18,966 bases of DNA, from NCBI GenBank assembly GCA_964573185.1, contig CAZNIQ010000013.1, positions 1 to 18,966 of the forward strand. Reading direction: 5' to 3'. The position numbers and the translations under genes are program-made. The notes under the pieces are model-generated. The model was given only the letters and a program-made list of their open reading frames with translations, made no database searches and was not told where the DNA came from. Source of the stretch: Candidatus Woesearchaeota archaeon (lineage in GTDB: Archaea; Nanobdellota; Nanobdellia; Nanobdellales; CAZNIQ01). This document shows, piece by piece, positions 5,846 through 15,454 of this stretch; position 1 is the first letter of the stretch, and every line of letters begins with the position of its first letter.

Positions 5846-5881
5846 GGCTCTTCACTTTTCAAGGCCCCGAATCTTCATCAT
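5832..5881 (-). ncRNA. Box C/D sRNA (sR-d), 50 nt
   Basis: Minus strand: C AUGAUGA (5881-5875; it contains the cysS TGA stop at 5880-5878), 12-nt guide AGAUUCGGGGCC (5874-5863), D' UUGA (5862-5859), loop AAA, C' GUGAAGA (5855-5849), 13-nt guide GCCUCACUCUCGG (5848-5836), D CUGA (5835-5832), then T5. It fills the whole convergent gap between nob1 and cysS and is antisense to the last 14 nt of nob1. Confidence 0.7.
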
Positions 5882-7293
5882 AGCAATCTCCAATATGACT
5901 CTAATCCTTTATCCATTACTTCTATTCCTAACTCTTTAAGTCTTTCCCTTATTTTATCAGCGAGATCATATCTTTTTTCTTTTCTTAATTCTTTCCTAAC
6001 TTCTAAAATTAAATCTATCAACTTGGGTATTAAATCTTCTTTTTCTCTTTTATAAAATATATCATCCCATACAGCATATATTCTATTTACTGTGTTATAA
6101 AATTCATAGGTAGCATAGTTTAAAGCAAAGATATCTGTGGGAAGTACTTCTTTATTAATAAATTTTGTTGCTTCTAATAAAATTGCAGTTGCTTTTGTCG
6201 TATCCAAATCATCTAGAATAGTTTCTATAAATCTTTTATGATAATCCAATAGTTTGTTCAAAATCTTTATTTTTTCATCTGGTAAATAATACGTTGGTTC
6301 TAATTCATTAATTCTAGCTATCACTGTTTTAATTGTAGAGGTTATATACTGATAATTCTCCTTTGCTTGATTTAATGCTTCTTCGTTAATATCTAAAGGT
6401 TCTCTGTAATGTGTTGAGATTAAAAAGAATCGTGCAGGCATTGGTTTCATTTGTTTGATAAAATCTTTCGCAGGTATTATATTACCTAAAGACTTGCTCA
6501 TTTTTTCTTTATTTATAGTAACAAAACCTATGTGAAACCAATATTTAACCCAAGGATGCTTCCCAAATCTTGCTTCTGACTGTGCTATCTCATTTTCGTG
6601 ATGTGGGAATATCAGATCTTGTCCTCCGGCATGTATGTCAAATTGCTCTCCAAGATATCTTGAGGACATCACAGAACATTCTATATGCCAACCCGGTCTT
6701 CCTTCTCCCCAAGGGGAATTCCAGTAAGGCTCACCAGGTTTTCTGAATTTCCACAAAGCAAAATCATATGGTTTTTTCTTATCTTCTAGTACATCTGTTT
6801 CCTGTCTCCAAGCCTCCTTATTTTTTATCCCGGAGAGTTGTCCATAATAAGGATACTTATCTACTTCAAAGTAAACTCCATATTTTCCCTTATAAGCATA
6901 CCCTTTCTTTTCTAAAACCCTGATAAAATCGGTAATCTCCTTTATATGCTCTGTAACCTTAGGATTAATATAAAATGGCAATATATTTAATTCTTTTAAA
7001 GCTTCTAAATGATATTTAATGTATGTCTCAGAGATTTCTTTCCAATCTTTTCCAGTTTCCTTAGCTTTCTTAATTATTTTATCATCAATGTCCGTAAAAT
7101 TAGACACTGCAAAGTCTATATACCCCAAAAACCTTAACACTCTTCTGAGCAAATCTACTGCTACATGTGATCTTAAGTGTCCTACATGTGAAACGTCATA
7201 AGGCGTTATTCCACAGAAATAAATTCTTACTATTGGTGGGTTCAATGCTTTGAACTCTTCTTTTCTCTTTGTTAAAGTGTTATAAAGTTTCAA
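5878..7293 (-). CDS. cysS: Cysteine--tRNA ligase (CysRS), 471 aa
   Basis: Class I signature HVGHLRSH (HIGH) and KMSKS (EKMSKSLGN). Also the conserved [13 protein letters not shown] and [21 protein letters not shown] blocks. Confidence 0.95.
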   Translation of the reverse strand: MKLYNTLTKRKEEFKALNPPIVRIYFCGITPYDVSHVGHLRSHVAVDLLRRVLRFLGYIDFAVSNFTDIDDKIIKKAKETGKDWKEISETYIKYHLEALKELNILPFYINPKVTEHIKEITDFIRVLEKKGYAYKGKYGVYFEVDKYPYYGQLSGIKNKEAWRQETDVLEDKKKPYDFALWKFRKPGEPYWNSPWGEGRPGWHIECSVMSSRYLGEQFDIHAGGQDLIFPHHENEIAQSEARFGKHPWVKYWFHIGFVTINKEKMSKSLGNIIPAKDFIKQMKPMPARFFLISTHYREPLDINEEALNQAKENYQYITSTIKTVIARINELEPTYYLPDEKIKILNKLLDYHKRFIETILDDLDTTKATAILLEATKFINKEVLPTDIFALNYATYEFYNTVNRIYAVWDDIFYKREKEDLIPKLIDLILEVRKELRKEKRYDLADKIRERLKELGIEVMDKGLESYWRLL

Positions 7294-7354
7294 AACACCC
7301 GAACATTGTATGTCAATGTTATACTATTTTATAAATTTTTTGTATTGAGATCTT

Positions 7355-8428
7355 GTGAACATGCGTGAAAATAAAAATCATTATAAAGATTATAGTAACT
7401 ACTATTACATGAGGTTGTTATCTAAATTAGAATTAATAGGATTCTATTGGTGTGGGAACAACGAATGTAAAGAAATAGATCCCTCAGAAGTTTTTCCAAC
7501 AGCTTATGGTTTTGTTATAGATATTACTCTTCAGAATCTTCAAGAGAAACTGATGGAAACACGTGGTTTTCCCTCATGGGTTACCCCTATGTATTTAACT
7601 ATCCCAAAGGAAAAGTACGAGGAGCAAAGAAGAAAGATTAGAAACCATATGCAAGCAAGATTTAGATTAGAAGATAGAGTTATTACTTTTCGAGTTTCTT
7701 TAAGGAAAGATGAAAAGATTACAAAAGAAATAATTGTAAAGCCACCAGCAGCTCTATTATTATACAATGAGAATCTAGGATTCTTAGTTTTAAGGGAAGC
7801 AAGAATCTATAATAAAAAGTTTTACAAAGGAGAATTTGTTATAAGAAATGAGAAAGATTTGACTAAGGATGAAGTAGGAGTACTTCAAGAGCCATATGTA
7901 ATATCTTTGAAAGAATTAATTAATTTGGATTTAAAAGTAATAACCGAACCTTATGAATCTTCTATGGAAATTGTTGAAAGTGCTGTATTATATATTAGAA
8001 AGTTTTATCCTATAGTTTTATCTCAATTAAGAGACGTTGATATTGAAGAAATAAGACCTTTATTAAAAAGATTTGTTAGGAGGTGTTATAAACATGGAAT
8101 CATCTTTGGAGATTTTGATTTAGATCAAATAGCAATAGGAACTATTGATAATAACGAAAGAGGAATAATAATTACGGATCCTGAATTTGCATATTTCTCA
8201 AGAAAACCCAAAAAGCTCTCAAGATATTTATGGGAAGGGTATAGAGAAATACTTGGTCCGAAAACAATAATAGAAATATTATCTGAAAGGAAGTTCGATG
8301 TAGATTATACCCTGAAGAGACTAGAAGAAGCAATAGATAAATATAATAAAGGTTCTTACAAGGATTTTATCAATGCTTTATATCAAGATACTGGAAATAG
8401 AAAAGAAGCTCATCAAGAGAATACCTGA
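7355..8428 (+). CDS. Hypothetical protein, 357 aa (GTG start at 7355; alternative ATG at 7361)
   Basis: ORF track. The only recognisable element is a C-terminal segment, HGIIFGDFDLDQIAIG...GIIITDPEF, that resembles a degenerate RIO/Bud32-type kinase catalytic loop plus metal-binding motif. This assignment is weak. Confidence 0.55.
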   Translation: MNMRENKNHYKDYSNYYYMRLLSKLELIGFYWCGNNECKEIDPSEVFPTAYGFVIDITLQNLQEKLMETRGFPSWVTPMYLTIPKEKYEEQRRKIRNHMQARFRLEDRVITFRVSLRKDEKITKEIIVKPPAALLLYNENLGFLVLREARIYNKKFYKGEFVIRNEKDLTKDEVGVLQEPYVISLKELINLDLKVITEPYESSMEIVESAVLYIRKFYPIVLSQLRDVDIEEIRPLLKRFVRRCYKHGIIFGDFDLDQIAIGTIDNNERGIIITDPEFAYFSRKPKKLSRYLWEGYREILGPKTIIEILSERKFDVDYTLKRLEEAIDKYNKGSYKDFINALYQDTGNRKEAHQENT

Positions 8429-8840
8429 AAAATATGCGAAAATTTTTGATATCCTGTCTACATTTTTAATATGCTTCTTTGGAATCGTATCCTTTTTCTA
8501 CTATCCTTTATATTATGCTTTTATTTGTAATACGTTTATTTTTGCAATATATATTTTTAATAGTATTGTTCAAAATTTCTTTAGAAGACCTAGACCCTAT
8601 ATTTTCTCAAATATAATATATCATACTCCTGCCGAAAGATCCTTTCCATCTGGCCATACTATTGTTTCTATTTTAATGTTCATTTGCTTCAACAAAATCC
8701 CCCTCATTTATTTAATTTTATTAGTTCCTATCTTTAGGATTTTAGCATTACAACATTGGCCTTCAGATATAATTCTCACCATAATTTTCTATATTCCCAT
8801 CATTGTAATATTCCAAATTTTCTCTCAGCTTCTATTATAA
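8373..8840 (+). CDS. PAP2-family (type 2 phosphatidic acid / undecaprenyl-diphosphate type) membrane phosphatase, 155 aa
   Basis: Tripartite PAP2 motif: RRPRP, PSGHT, and LQHWPSD (H...D). It is multi-pass hydrophobic. The start is uncertain; as drawn it overlaps the upstream ORF by 56 nt. Confidence 0.75.
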   Translation: MLYIKILEIEKKLIKRIPEKYAKIFDILSTFLICFFGIVSFFYYPLYYAFICNTFIFAIYIFNSIVQNFFRRPRPYIFSNIIYHTPAERSFPSGHTIVSILMFICFNKIPLIYLILLVPIFRILALQHWPSDIILTIIFYIPIIVIFQIFSQLLL

Positions 8841-9459
8841 TTTCATTTAAAACAACCCAAGCTGATAAAGATTTTGGATAAATGCTTACAACTTCATTTG
8901 CAAGATCATAATATTCTTTTGGAAATTTTCCATGCGGAAAAGCCCCTATTATATATAATGTATTCCCTTTTATTATCTCCTTTACTTCTCTTCTCTCACC
9001 TTCTTCATCCAATAAAATTATATAATCAAATTTTTGAACAAAATCTTTTAATTCGACTTTCTCTAACTTTAGCAGCCAGTTATCTTTGTTTGGTACATAT
9101 TTTTTCTTAAATAAATCTTCTATTAATCCTTTGAATCTATCATAATTTCTTGGTACCCTAGTTTCAGGCTTAATTTCTATTAAAAATCCTTGTTGGGTAT
9201 AAATAAAAACCTTCAATTTCCTTTCTTTATTTAAAATAGAATCTAAAGCATTTAGCAAACAAATATGTACTATATCTGGTCTTCCTCTTTGCTCCCTATT
9301 CTTTAATTCCATCATAGCTTTCCAATGATATGTATAATCTAATAAACATTCAGATGGACGCTTCTTTCTTTTCTTGCAGTAAGCTTTGATCTGAGGATGG
9401 TTCCAAAGCTTTTTAGGGATCAATTCTAAAGCCGCATGTCCTAAGAGAATGTAAATCAT
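8800..9459 (-). CDS. nep1: Ribosomal RNA small subunit pseudouridine-N1 methyltransferase Nep1/Emg1 (SPOUT), 219 aa
   Basis: The blocks LLDYTYHWKAM, RGRPDIVHICLLNALDS and RVPRNYDRFKGLIEDL are characteristic of Nep1/Emg1. Confidence 0.9.
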   Translation of the reverse strand: MIYILLGHAALELIPKKLWNHPQIKAYCKKRKKRPSECLLDYTYHWKAMMELKNREQRGRPDIVHICLLNALDSILNKERKLKVFIYTQQGFLIEIKPETRVPRNYDRFKGLIEDLFKKKYVPNKDNWLLKLEKVELKDFVQKFDYIILLDEEGERREVKEIIKGNTLYIIGAFPHGKFPKEYYDLANEVVSIYPKSLSAWVVLNEIIIEAERKFGILQ

Positions 9460-9484
9460 TGAGTTTAGTTTTGGGTAAAATTTT

Positions 9485-9558
<74 letters not shown>

Positions 9559-9582
9559 TTCTAGATTTAAACTTTTCTAAAG

Positions 9583-9590
9583 CTTTATAA
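9583..9590 (-). promoter_or_regulatory. TATA-box candidate for tRNA-Ala
   Basis: The minus strand reads TTATAAAG at -32 to -25 relative to the mature tRNA 5' G (9558). This predicts a very short 5' leader or none. Confidence 0.4.
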
Positions 9591-9658
9591 GCCAAATTTC
9601 TTTTCTTTAAAAATATTTCTATCGAAACATTTTTATTAACAATGATGTTTAACGTTGC

Positions 9659-9853
9659 ATGGCCAAGAAGTCCCCTGTAAAGGAAACCATCTTACAAGTT
9701 TTACAAGAGAAGGGATGTATGACCAAAGATGAATTAGCAGAAGAAGTTGCAAACAGAGTAGGAACAATGCCAAGAGTAGTAAAAGCAGTAATAACAAAAA
9801 TGGTAAAGAGAGGGGAATTAGTAGAAAAAGACGGAAAGATTTGTTTACCTTAA
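9659..9853 (+). CDS. Small winged-helix-like DNA-binding protein, 64 aa
   Basis: ILQVLQEKGCMTKDELAEEV...[24 protein letters not shown] has the helix-turn-helix plus beta-wing pattern of MarR/TrmB-type wHTH domains. A TATA-like TTTTTATTA lies about 26 nt upstream. Confidence 0.5.
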   Translation: MAKKSPVKETILQVLQEKGCMTKDELAEEVANRVGTMPRVVKAVITKMVKRGELVEKDGKICLP

Positions 9854-10663
9854 ATTAGTTAAAAATAAAGCTATTTCTCTTCCTACATTCTTTTTTACAT
9901 ATTTTTCAAAACCTTCAAATCTAGGGCTTCTATTGACTTCTATAAAATAATATTCATTACCTTTTATTAAAACATCTATACCTGCTATATCCAAATCTAA
10001 GCTTTCTTTTAATTCGAAAGCTTGTTCTAGAATCCCTTTATTTAATTTAATCTCCTTTCCATAACCTCCTCTAGCAATGTTTGCCCTAAAATCATTAGGA
10101 TTTATTCTCTGCATCGATCCAAGAATTTTATCTCCTACAATCAAAATTCTAACATCTTTCTCATAAGGAATGTACTTTTGAAATATAAAAAATGGAAGCC
10201 TTTCTTTATTTTTTTCAATAAACTTTAGTAACTCTTTCTCATTTTTAATTAAAAATACTCCTTCACCCCTATGCTTAAATTCATGCTTAGCAACGATTGG
10301 AAATCCTAAATTTAATATTCTTTTATATTGTTTTGGTTCTCTAATTTTAACTGATTCCGGAAAAGGAAAACCTTTCTTTTTACATTTATAATAGACATAC
10401 GATTTTGAAATTATTTTTCCTTTTTCTAAGGATCTATCCACAATTCTTGCTCCTTTTTCTTTAAACTCTTCTACAAAAGCTCTTACCTCCGCAAATATAG
10501 AACCTGTACGGTAAAAATAAGCAACTTTTGGATTCGGTAAATTCAATTTATACGAAAAAATAAGATATCTATTCAAAATTAGTTTCACATCATTAGTTAT
10601 TTTCTTTAACTCTTCATAAATTCTTTTAGTTTCGTAAGATTTATCTCCAAAAATTAAGATCAA
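9845..10663 (-). CDS. RimK-family ATP-grasp ligase (alpha-L-glutamate ligase-like), 272 aa
   Basis: ATP-grasp blocks: [44 protein letters not shown]...[36 protein letters not shown]. The substrate is not inferable (MptN, CofF, LysX and RimK are all possible). Confidence 0.75.
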   Translation of the reverse strand: MILIFGDKSYETKRIYEELKKITNDVKLILNRYLIFSYKLNLPNPKVAYFYRTGSIFAEVRAFVEEFKEKGARIVDRSLEKGKIISKSYVYYKCKKKGFPFPESVKIREPKQYKRILNLGFPIVAKHEFKHRGEGVFLIKNEKELLKFIEKNKERLPFFIFQKYIPYEKDVRILIVGDKILGSMQRINPNDFRANIARGGYGKEIKLNKGILEQAFELKESLDLDIAGIDVLIKGNEYYFIEVNRSPRFEGFEKYVKKNVGREIALFLTNLR

Positions 10664-11742
10664 GGTAAGAAATCTTGATTCTCTATTTTTTCAGGCAAAT
10701 ATTTTTTTGCAACGAAATCTAATGACTTTGAAGCTAGAGCCTGTTGCTCTATACGAACCCTCCACCTTAGCATCTTTTTAAATTGCTCTTGCCACTTAGG
10801 ATGTTTAAACCAAGGATAATTCATTAATTGTTTAGCTCTCTTTTCATCTATAGGCTTTAATTTTTCTGTAACATTCCATAGATCATATTTTTCTATGTCA
10901 TCCATAGTCATCCCGATTAGCTTAGCATCTGGAGTAGCTAATTTTTCTGAAATATAAGAAAGTTTCATTGAACCTCTTTTTATTACAGAATAAATATAGT
11001 ATCCCCAGGGATCGCCATCTGTAAATACATATATTGGCAAATCCCATTCGTATCTAAATCGATGTAATAATCTTCTAATCCCTCTTGCAGCCTGTCCTTG
11101 TGTAGCTACAATTATACAATTCAGTTTTTGTGGAACTTTTTCTTCTATAAGTCTTTCCGCCATTGCAGCAGTTTCTACAGCTAATACAAAATCCGCATTA
11201 ACATCAACTATCTCAATTTCTTCTATTGTAGATGGGATAGCCCAACCACCTCTTCCCAATTTCATACAATTCCATTCAGTGCCTTCTATCTTATCTCTCA
11301 TAGTTACATCACCGTAAACGAAACCTCTCCTATCTGCAGTAATATGCATCTCTTCTCTAATTACTCCTAAAGTTCTTTCAAGATCTTCAATTACAGAATC
11401 AGATTCGGACTGATCATCAAAGGTGTTTTCTTTAATTATAGGGATGGCATGTTTTAATTGGTAATAAACTTCTCTTAACGAAGCATGCTTTCCTGTCTCA
11501 ACTAGTTTCTTAGCTAAAGAAGCTACTAATAATGTTTGAACAAATTTTCTTACATGTCTTAAATTAAAGAATTCTCTTATCGAAAATGCCTCCCCTAATT
11601 TTATTAAATCTTTTTCTTGATCATAAACTATAGTTTTTAAAGTACCTCTGGCTCTTAGAGTAAGTTTTACTTTTTCCCCTTCTTTAAACTGCTTGAATAT
11701 TTCTTCAGCTAATTTCTTTAACTTTTCCTGGACAGATACCAT
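10660..11742 (-). CDS. top6A: DNA topoisomerase VI subunit A (Spo11-like), 360 aa
   Basis: Catalytic tyrosine context SLREVYYQL. Toprim motifs [10 protein letters not shown] and [12 protein letters not shown]. It overlaps top6B by 25 nt. Confidence 0.95.
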   Translation of the reverse strand: MVSVQEKLKKLAEEIFKQFKEGEKVKLTLRARGTLKTIVYDQEKDLIKLGEAFSIREFFNLRHVRKFVQTLLVASLAKKLVETGKHASLREVYYQLKHAIPIIKENTFDDQSESDSVIEDLERTLGVIREEMHITADRRGFVYGDVTMRDKIEGTEWNCMKLGRGGWAIPSTIEEIEIVDVNADFVLAVETAAMAERLIEEKVPQKLNCIIVATQGQAARGIRRLLHRFRYEWDLPIYVFTDGDPWGYYIYSVIKRGSMKLSYISEKLATPDAKLIGMTMDDIEKYDLWNVTEKLKPIDEKRAKQLMNYPWFKHPKWQEQFKKMLRWRVRIEQQALASKSLDFVAKKYLPEKIENQDFLP

Positions 11743-13457
11743 CTTATCATATCATCTATATCAGAATCTTTTAAAATTCCCAACTTTATGATATCACTTA
11801 CCCAATTGTATATTATTTGCTTTGCTTCATTCATTTTTCCAGTTTTTATTAATTCCTGAATATCTTTAACCGTTAAAATTATAGATCTTAATTCTTCTAA
11901 AGCTTTTTCCCTTATCCTTTGTTTTATAACTTCCTCTATTTCTTCTCTAGGTTTTCCAAGCATTTCAGATAAAGCTTTAGCTAATTCTAATCCATAACCT
12001 AAAAATATCTTATATTTTTCTTTCAGTTCCTCAGTTGCTTTCTTTTTCTTTAAGTATAAAGATAATTGTCTCGCAACATCTCTTAATGCAGCTTTTATCT
12101 CTTTAACTATTTCCGGGTAGGGTGCTATAGCCTCCTTTGATTCTGACGTAAATGGTATCCAAACTGAAGCGACATGGACCATTATTACTACAGGCCCTTG
12201 CGGTATTCCTCCTTCTTCTTTCAACCCATAATACTTCCAATTTATTTCTTTTACAGCATGCGTTATAGCACACTCCCCTGCTTTATATAACAACGGAACT
12301 CTGTTTGCTAATCTTATTATATGTGCTTTTTGTTCTTTAATTTCTCCTCCATACGCAATTCCAGCTTCCACTATAAATGGCAATCCTCTATATACAGCAG
12401 GTTTTCTTGTAACAGCAGCAACAAATTCTGGTTTGAAAATTCTCATCAAGCTTTCTCTTATTAGATCTTCTCCCAAAGTAACTATATACTTAGCAGGAAT
12501 TGATCTTACTTTTGTTTCTTGCATAGCATTGTACAACCTCTCTATTTCTTCCCAAGTTAAAGAATGAGGATCTTTATTTGGATTTAGATTGGCTTTCTTT
12601 AAAATTTCTTCAGCAGTTTTATCACCCACAGATGCAAATTCTTTTTTCAAAAACTCTTTAAGAGTTCTAGCGCTAGTTTCTTTTAACATTCTTTCCAAAA
12701 CTCCTATCTCAATACCATGTGGGTGTGGCTTCGTTTCATAAAGCTCAGGTAATTTATTTGTTATTCTTTTGAAAACCAACTTCGTTTTTGGCGAAATATA
12801 ATAGATATTTGCATGAGGATTTGCTAAAGCCGTTAGGGTAATATACTCATCTACAGATTGTTTTCCTCTTACATATTCAGCTTTTATCGTTGCGGAAACA
12901 ATAGTTCCATGGTCCTTTATAAATTCCCAACCTATCTTTTTTGAAAAATAATATGGATCATATGATTGATATTTAATAACCAATGGTTCATTTCTTTTAA
13001 CATCTATTTTTATTTCAAAATAATGTACTCTTGAGTCATTTAACGGTTTCGTAATAACTTTTATTGGACTTCCAGTTGTCAATTGTGCATATAAGGTTAC
13101 AGCACTAACACCAATACCTTGCTTACCCCTTGTAGAAACGTATCTATGGAACTTAGAACCATATAAGAATTTTCCAAAGACATTTGGAACATGCTCTTTA
13201 GGAATACCCGGGCCATTATCGTAAACTGTAACAGTATAAACACCAGGTTTTGCCTGTATTATTTCAACTTTAACTTCTGGCAAAATTCTAGCTTCTTCAC
13301 AAGCATCTAATGAATTATCTACTAGCTCTTTTACAGTTATATATAGAGCTTTTCTCGGAGATTCAAAACCTAAAAGATGCCTATTTTTTTCAAAAAATTC
13401 AGCTATTGAAACTTCCTTAAATTTCTTATATAATTCTACCTCTTGAGAATTACTCAT
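11718..13457 (-). CDS. top6B: DNA topoisomerase VI subunit B (GHKL ATPase), 579 aa
   Basis: Bergerat-fold motifs ELVDNSLDA (N box), DNGPGI (G1) and GKQGIGVS (G2). The transducer domain continues to the C-terminus. Confidence 0.95.
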   Translation of the reverse strand: MSNSQEVELYKKFKEVSIAEFFEKNRHLLGFESPRKALYITVKELVDNSLDACEEARILPEVKVEIIQAKPGVYTVTVYDNGPGIPKEHVPNVFGKFLYGSKFHRYVSTRGKQGIGVSAVTLYAQLTTGSPIKVITKPLNDSRVHYFEIKIDVKRNEPLVIKYQSYDPYYFSKKIGWEFIKDHGTIVSATIKAEYVRGKQSVDEYITLTALANPHANIYYISPKTKLVFKRITNKLPELYETKPHPHGIEIGVLERMLKETSARTLKEFLKKEFASVGDKTAEEILKKANLNPNKDPHSLTWEEIERLYNAMQETKVRSIPAKYIVTLGEDLIRESLMRIFKPEFVAAVTRKPAVYRGLPFIVEAGIAYGGEIKEQKAHIIRLANRVPLLYKAGECAITHAVKEINWKYYGLKEEGGIPQGPVVIMVHVASVWIPFTSESKEAIAPYPEIVKEIKAALRDVARQLSLYLKKKKATEELKEKYKIFLGYGLELAKALSEMLGKPREEIEEVIKQRIREKALEELRSIILTVKDIQELIKTGKMNEAKQIIYNWVSDIIKLGILKDSDIDDMIRWYLSRKS

Positions 13458-13489
13458 TAGTTACATTAAAAATTAATATTTATAAAAAT

Positions 13490-14062
13490 TTATAATGTAA
13501 AATCTAAAATTCCGAGCTCTTCTAATTTTCTCCTAATCTTCAACTCTTTTCTCCTTTGCTCAGCTTTATGATATACTTTGCTATGTGGAGATCCTTGAAT
13601 TAATCTTGAAACAGCATCTCTAGCAATCTCTACTTCATCTAATTTTCCTAAAATATATACATCATGTCCTTTTATTATTATCTTAGCATTGCTTATCTGT
13701 TGTATTATCTTTTTAGCTTTACCTTTAGTTCCAATTATTCTTGAAAGCACTCTTCTAATATGTTTTATATCTTTACCAACAGCTTCCCTTACGTCTATTT
13801 TTAATAATGTATACTCCTCATCTAATAGGTTCAACGCGTCTTTCGGATCAAACCCTACCTTTATTGCTTCAACAACATTTGTAGCCTTATAAACATCGTA
13901 AAATTCTTCTCCTTCAATTCTAACAATATTTTTGTTTATCTTAATTTTAATTTTTCCTTTTTCTTCCAATTCCTTTTTACACTTCCTCAAATTTTTAAGA
14001 CATTCTAAATCATCAAAAAGGATTTCATTAAAGAACCTCATCTCTAGTAAGTATTTTTTCAA
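13490..14062 (-). CDS. KH-domain RNA-binding protein, Dim2/Pno1-like (COG1094), 190 aa
   Basis: Two KH-like modules. The second has GxxG (IIGTKGKAKKII) and the C-terminal LIQGSPHSKVYHK motif seen in archaeal Dim2-like proteins. The start may be the internal Met at 14041. Confidence 0.7.
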   Translation of the reverse strand: MKKYLLEMRFFNEILFDDLECLKNLRKCKKELEEKGKIKIKINKNIVRIEGEEFYDVYKATNVVEAIKVGFDPKDALNLLDEEYTLLKIDVREAVGKDIKHIRRVLSRIIGTKGKAKKIIQQISNAKIIIKGHDVYILGKLDEVEIARDAVSRLIQGSPHSKVYHKAEQRRKELKIRRKLEELGILDFTL

Positions 14063-14411
14063 TAAAGCTTTTTAATGTTAATCCGTTGCTTTTCGCGTCT
14101 TCATATGTTATTTTCCCTGATATCGGTTTTAAAAAGAACCACCCTCTCCTTATAAACTTCAAAGCTAAATAAGCTTCCGCTCCAAAAATTTTAGAAAATT
14201 CTAGTAATTCCTTAACTTTTATTTCATCAATATAGATGCAATCTTTTTTCGTACTTTTTACTTCTATAGCATAAACTTTACCTTTAAAACCTACAAGAAT
14301 ATCTGGTAAAGGATAAGGAGCTAAGCCAGAACCAGCAACTCTTAAAGCAGCTATACCATGTTTCCAAAAAATCTTAACCAATTCTCTCTCATAGTTTATC
14401 CCTCTTTTCAT
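14028..14411 (-). CDS. hjc: Holliday junction resolvase Hjc, 127 aa
   Basis: YERELVKIFWKHGIAALRVAGSG...PDILVG...AIEVKST matches the Hjc catalytic motif set (E, SG, PD, ExK). Confidence 0.9.
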   Translation of the reverse strand: MKRGINYERELVKIFWKHGIAALRVAGSGLAPYPLPDILVGFKGKVYAIEVKSTKKDCIYIDEIKVKELLEFSKIFGAEAYLALKFIRRGWFFLKPISGKITYEDAKSNGLTLKSFIEKILTRDEVL

Positions 14412-14445
14412 TAAAACTTAAAATAAATGATTTAAATTAAAACTT

Positions 14446-14709
14446 ATGCTTGAAGAAAAAATAAGAAAGTATTTGCTTGAGCTAATAAAGGACAAAGGAT
14501 TGGAAAAGATTGAGATAAAGATAAATCAAATAACAAAATTGTGTTATGTTATAGACAAACTTAGTGGCAATAATGTTGAACCTTATTATTGTTTCTATGC
14601 AAGAATAGAAGGTATTAAAGAGAATAAAAGATATATTGCTTTAGTTGATGGAAAAATAAATAATGAAATAGAAATAACTAATTTTTATGAAAGATGGATG
14701 TCACAGTAA
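14446..14709 (+). CDS. Hypothetical protein, 87 aa
   Basis: ORF track only. It overlaps the downstream methyltransferase start by 16 nt, suggesting co-transcription. Confidence 0.45.
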   Translation: MLEEKIRKYLLELIKDKGLEKIEIKINQITKLCYVIDKLSGNNVEPYYCFYARIEGIKENKRYIALVDGKINNEIEITNFYERWMSQ

Positions 14710-15419
14710 TTTTTGTCGAACCAGAGCATCCTGAAAATATAGGTAATATAGCTAGAGTTATGAAAAACTTTGGTTTTTATAAATTAATTTTGGTAAATCC
14801 TCAATGTGAAATAACAGAAAAAGCATATATAGTTGCAAAGCATGCTAAAGATGTTTTAGAAAATGCAAAAATTTTAGAAACATTAGATGATGCTTTAAAA
14901 TTATTTGATTTGAATATAGGAACTACTGGAAAGTTTGCTGATGAAACAAATGTGATAAGATCAGTAATACCTTCAGATATTTTGCCAAAGCTTTTATCAA
15001 AATATACCGGTAAAGTTGGGTTATATATTGGAAGAGAGTCGATAGGTTTCACAAATGAAGAACTAAAGAAATTCGATATCGTTGTTACAATACCTACAAA
15101 TCCTGAGTATCCAATAATGAATGCTTCACATGCTGCTGCAGTATTGTTGTACGAATTATTTAAAGCGGTAAGAAATCCTGTTTTAGAAAGAATTAGAATA
15201 GCCTCTAGAAAAGAAAAGGAAGTGATAATGTCTATGATTGATAAGATAGTTAATAAGATACCTATACAAGAATATAGGAAACCTATTATGAAAAGAGTGT
15301 TATGGAACGTTATAAATAAGGCAATACTAACCAAAAAAGAAGCTTCTGTTTTGGCAGGTTTCTTTAGAAATATTTTAGAAATGATCAGTAACACGCCATC
15401 TCATCATAATCAGGAGTAG
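14694..15419 (+). CDS. trmJ: SpoU/TrmH-class RNA 2'-O-methyltransferase, TrmJ-like (COG0565), 241 aa
   Basis: N-terminal VIFVEPEHPENIGNIARVMKNFGF, plus GRESIGFTNEEL and IPTNPEYPIMNASHAAAVLLYE (SPOUT knot motifs). The tRNA position 32 specificity is inferred from the family only. Confidence 0.8.
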   Translation: MDVTVIFVEPEHPENIGNIARVMKNFGFYKLILVNPQCEITEKAYIVAKHAKDVLENAKILETLDDALKLFDLNIGTTGKFADETNVIRSVIPSDILPKLLSKYTGKVGLYIGRESIGFTNEELKKFDIVVTIPTNPEYPIMNASHAAAVLLYELFKAVRNPVLERIRIASRKEKEVIMSMIDKIVNKIPIQEYRKPIMKRVLWNVINKAILTKKEASVLAGFFRNILEMISNTPSHHNQE

Positions 15420-15432
15420 CCTAATTCATCAC
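15385..15432 (-). ncRNA. Box C/D sRNA (sR-e), 48 nt, all four boxes consensus
   Basis: Minus strand: C GUGAUGA (15432-15426), 12-nt guide AUUAGGCUACUC (15425-15414), D' CUGA (15413-15410), loop UU, C' AUGAUGA (15407-15401), 12-nt guide GAUGGCGUGUUA (15400-15389), D CUGA (15388-15385). It is antisense to the last 35 nt of trmJ. TTTAAATA lies at -30 to -23. Confidence 0.85.
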
Positions 15433-15454
15433 TTATTATTATTTTATCAAAAAA

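Noticed and set aside
5841-5856. A small hairpin (AGUGAG-GCUC-UUCACU) followed by T-rich sequence between nob1 and cysS, first read as a bidirectional terminator.
   Set aside because: It is better explained as part of the minus-strand C/D sRNA sR-d, since it spans the C' box and the start of the D guide. A 5-6 bp stem is also weak on its own.
9641-9647. A C-box-like ATGATGT upstream of the small wHTH gene. Also TTGATGA at 693-699 and CTGATGA at 1790-1796 and 14937-14943.
   Set aside because: Each is an imperfect box with no D or D' box at 11-13 nt and no second box pair. They are isolated matches of the kind expected in AT-rich sequence.
11396-11420. Minus-strand TTGATGA - 11 nt - CTGA inside top6A. 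A similar TTGATGA - 12 nt - CAGA occurs inside top6B (12427-12449).
   Set aside because: These are half-motifs only: the C box begins with U instead of a purine, and no downstream C'/D pair exists. They lie within conserved coding sequence ([17 protein letters not shown]), so they are probably chance.
14801-15394. A 197-aa ORF on the minus strand, fully inside and antisense to the TrmJ-like methyltransferase gene.
   Set aside because: The translation is a low-complexity hydrophobic, Ser/Phe/Ile-rich shadow typical of the antisense frame of K/E-rich AT-rich genes. The sense-strand gene has clear SPOUT motifs. Only the short C/D sRNA at 15385-15432 is supported on this strand.
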